Positions 60,446 through 64,000 of a DNA stretch of 64,000 bases are shown piece by piece. A model generated the notes under the pieces. That model ran no database searches, was not told where the DNA came from, and was given only the letters and a program-made list of their open reading frames with translations. Every line of letters begins with the position of its first letter. Position 1 is the stretch's first letter. Made by a program: the position numbers and the translations under genes. Origin of the DNA: Antechinus flavipes (lineage: Eukaryota); the NCBI RefSeq assembly GCF_016432865.1, contig NC_067398.1:29946001-30010000 (forward strand), in the 5' to 3' direction.

Positions 60446-63400
60446 AAAACAATGTTGTTTCATATCTCTTTTCAGATTCCCAGTGCCTGGTATATGGCAA
60501 TAGAGATTGGACCTTAATTACTTTGTCATAAACTACCAGGTGAGAAAAATCCTTCTACCAATGAAGGTTGGTAAATTCCCTGTAACTTAGAGTCCTCAAG
60601 ATTTGCTGAGAGTTATTGTTGTTTGTGTTCCCATTTGGAGTTTTCTTATGAAAGATGAGGAACTGAAGCAGACAAAGTTAAGTTACTTGCCCAGGGTCAC
60701 ACACCTAGTATCAGGTGCCCTAGTGATCACACATCAGTATCAGAAAACAGATTTGAACTCATGACAATGAGTCTTCCTGATTCCAGATCCAGCTCCCTAT
60801 CCACTGCACCCCTAGCCATCTCCAACACAGACAACAGCTATGTCTCTAAGCAAGTCACTTAATTTCTTATTGTTTAGTATAGAAATGATCTGTTCTGTCA
60901 CTAATCTAAGATATTTAAGAAGTAGGATTGTGAACACTGATCTTGTTGGCCTAAAGTGCCATAATGTTTTGTGCCTTACGTAGGTGCTCAAACCATGTGG
61001 ACTGAATTGAATTAAAACTATGAATTTTGTAGAAGAAACCAAGTCTGTCTTTCTTCAATCGCATTTTCAATTAAATGTGCTTTCTATACTTCTCCCTGCA
61101 TTTGTTACCTTTAGTTAAGTAAAAATAAAATAATGACCAGTGGTTAAAACAGACTTTCTTATTTAAAAAAAAAAAAAAACAAAACATGAGTTTTCCTTTT
61201 TCTATAGATCAGAAACTATGATTTATAAAGAATGATAGCCCATAGGCGGTATGTTGGCTATAATAATCTTATAATAATCTTAATGATTTCTTCTACATAA
61301 ATACTTATGTTCCTTATTTATGGTCTCTTGGGTAGAGGAGATGCTATTTACCTCCATTGATTTATTAATATTCATTCATATCATGTTTTAATCAACTTAT
61401 CAAAATATGCTTCAGGAAAATGATAATCATTTTCTCCCCATAATCCTACATACACACATGAAATTAACACATATTTCTAATCACACTCTGTCTTCTTTGA
61501 CTATACGCGATAATGCATCTCTCCCTTTTGCCACATACAGTGCGATCCAATTTCATTGGAAGCAAGAGAAATTTTCACAGGGAGAGGGTTTTTTTTTTCT
61601 TTTTAAATGACTGTTTAAAAGGAAGGAAGCAAGCAAGTGTGACGGTTGAAGCGTACGTCCTCTGGGATTATGTGAAACATTGCTAAACTGCACATGCTAT
61701 TAAAATATGAGTTTTTTAAAGGATTCTCTTTTTATGGAAGGAACAGCCTTCAGTAGGAAACCTTGGCATTGTTAGAACTCCAGTTAATACTTGAGTCAAG
61801 AAGAATAGAGAGTCATGGAGCTGCTATCTCTCAAAACAATTCAATATCACTTTTGATGCTAGAAAACCCTCCTTAAATTTCATTTTCTAATATGTAAATT
61901 CTTACTATGGCATTTTCCCAGCAGGCTTTTCTATTCTCTCTTTGGTCTTTATTTTGTGCAATGGATCAGGAGGACCATTAGACACGGGTCAGGGAGAACT
62001 CAATGAATCATAGAAAATGGTTATTGATGAAAGGGAAACACACTCTGAACTCTAATGTGCATAAATAATTATAACTTATCATCTTGATCCATTGGTCTGA
62101 TTTCCATGCACACAGACTAGTCTTAGCCCTTGAGGGAAAACTGTGAGAATTTTACTGTTTAAAAAAAAAAAAAGATGCTTTTTTGAGACTCATTTGTCTA
62201 TTAGAGGCAGACTTCATTTAGAGAGCAGTGATATTGCCAATGGGACATAAACTATTTCTTCCCTTTGAAAGTGGCCAAAAGAAAGTTCTATAATCTATTC
62301 ATTCTGTCTGATTCAGAAAAGAAAGTGATTTTGGTTTTTCCATCTGTAAAATAGCTACCTAGATTTTTGAGAAAAGCCAGAGGGAGTAGAGTTCTAATAA
62401 GAGACCATATGACAGAATTATCAGAGCCCTGCATATGAAATTTAAGTCTTGTCTTTATTACTTAGTTTTTAGGTGTTTTTGGACCAGTCATCTTCTTTTT
62501 CTCAGTTTCTGGTTGAGTGAATTACAGCTGTAAGTTTCCTTCCAGCACTAAATTTCAAATCTTATAATTCTTGAGTAAACCTATAAAATTATATAGAAAA
62601 TGTGGATATTTTTTATTTTACATCAGTACAACATATGATCATATATCAATGGTTATCAGCAGAAAAGTCGAAAAATTGTAAATCTATACATATTTAGAAG
62701 TCTTTTAGTGTTTATACATTTTCTATAATCATATGGTAATATAGCATGTGTAGAATGGGAACAAAAATTTTGTCAGATAATTTGCCATTTCCTTTACAAA
62801 AGTTCAATTTCATGTGCTGGTATTATTCAAAGTTCTATGAGCTTTTAGCTCAATAGATTCAGATGGCCTAAAGGAGGCTTGGAAGACATAGTTCCTGCCA
62901 TGCTGGAACCTTATCACTGAATCTGAGTGGAGAATGTCAGCATGGACAATAACAAAGCTTTGGGGGATTAGGTTGCATGAGACAAATAGACAACTCCCAG
63001 CATTCCCTTAATTTGAGCTTCCTGTGATCATCTAGTTTTCCTAATCCCACTAATTGTTCCAGAAAATTAGATCCAAAACCTAATCTTCTTGTCTTTTTCT
63101 AGGTTATCCAGATACTCTGGTTCCAATTTGCCTGGGTTTTATAATGTCTTTTTTTTTCCAAATAGAATTTACTTGACCAAGAAGAAACTGCACCTGTGCT
63201 TTAGATGAATGTTACTAAAAATGCTTTCCAGCAGAATAAAATATTTAAGATGAACCGGAATAATAATACATTTTAATATTATCCAGTGGAAAAAAATTTT
63301 TTTTGATGCATACATTTGGTGATTCATAAGCAGTGTTTGTTTTGGGCTACAAATCCAAGTCAAACACCTCTGAACACACATAAGGGATTTAGTTTCTATA

Positions 63401-63908
63401 TATATACATATATACATATGTTCATAAACACACATATAAATATGTTATGTGTGTGTGTATATAGTCTTATATTTATATTCTTCTCTCCACTCAGCCTTAG
63501 AATCTTTTTCTTGAGGCAAGGATTGATCTTCCCTTCAGAATTTAGAATAATCAATTACTCCATAACCCACAATCTAGAATGAATCACTGCAGCCCCCACA
63601 AATGATCTTCTATATACTGCTTGAAAACTTCCAATTGAAAAAAACTCAATTTCTTGATGATGTAGGGTTTTTCTTGATGATTGACATATATTAGCCCTTT
63701 CCCATGTAGGACATAAAAAGGTAACCTTGGATTCTCAAAAATTATGTCAATGAAGTTCAAGGTCTGGTAAGTTCCATCAAGGGGAAGTATTTTGATTTAT
63801 GGACAATGCCCTAAGTTGCATGCTGGGGTTTTTTTTGGATTTTTTTTTGAAAAATGACTTCATTTGGAATTATTGGAAGGTTGACCTTTTGGTAATTTTT
63901 TTCAACAG

Positions 63909-63993
63909 TGATAACTCATGAAATCAACAAAATGGTGCTCCATCCTACATGATGCCTTCATGATCCAAATTCAGAATCTTTCAGTTTTGTATG
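63909..63993 (+). other. Candidate exon (85 nt)
   Basis: Acceptor gtaatttttttcaacag| and donor TGTATG|gtaaaa. Contains several ATGs. Confidence 0.35.
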
Positions 63994-64000
63994 GTAAAAG

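Noticed and set aside
1-64000. CRISPR array, tRNA/rRNA genes, ERV or prokaryote-like system
   Set aside because: No regularly spaced repeat-spacer array. The tRNA-like A/B boxes belong to SINE heads. No LTR pair or gag/pol/env signature was recognised.

Overview
This is eukaryotic, non-coding-dominated DNA from a marsupial. The repeats point that way: CORE-SINEs of the WSINE1, Mar1 and MIR type, marsupial-type L1 3' ends, RTE, L2 and L3/CR1 relics, and hAT and mariner MITEs. A dasyurid-like Australian species is plausible but not provable from sequence alone. I found no protein-coding gene I can name, and no rRNA, tRNA or CRISPR array. The ORF track is mostly noise from GC-rich, low-complexity or retrotransposon sequence. 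A CpG island at about 5.7-7.5 kb looks like a bidirectional promoter, with a strong splice donor on each strand. The rest of the window looks like the 5' introns of a large + strand gene, with candidate leader exons at 17.2, 24.4, 26.1 (a 26-nt ATG-bearing microexon) and 63.9 kb. There is also a candidate - strand exon at 3.2 kb. The clearest structural oddities are a roughly 2.5-kb near-identical tandem duplication (8000-13114) with junction microhomology and clustered differences, and an inverted pair of SINE segments (948-1020 and 2618-2690) sharing private sequence at 72/73 identity. I see no evidence for a novel multi-gene system. Repeat family names come from recalled consensus features, not a database search.
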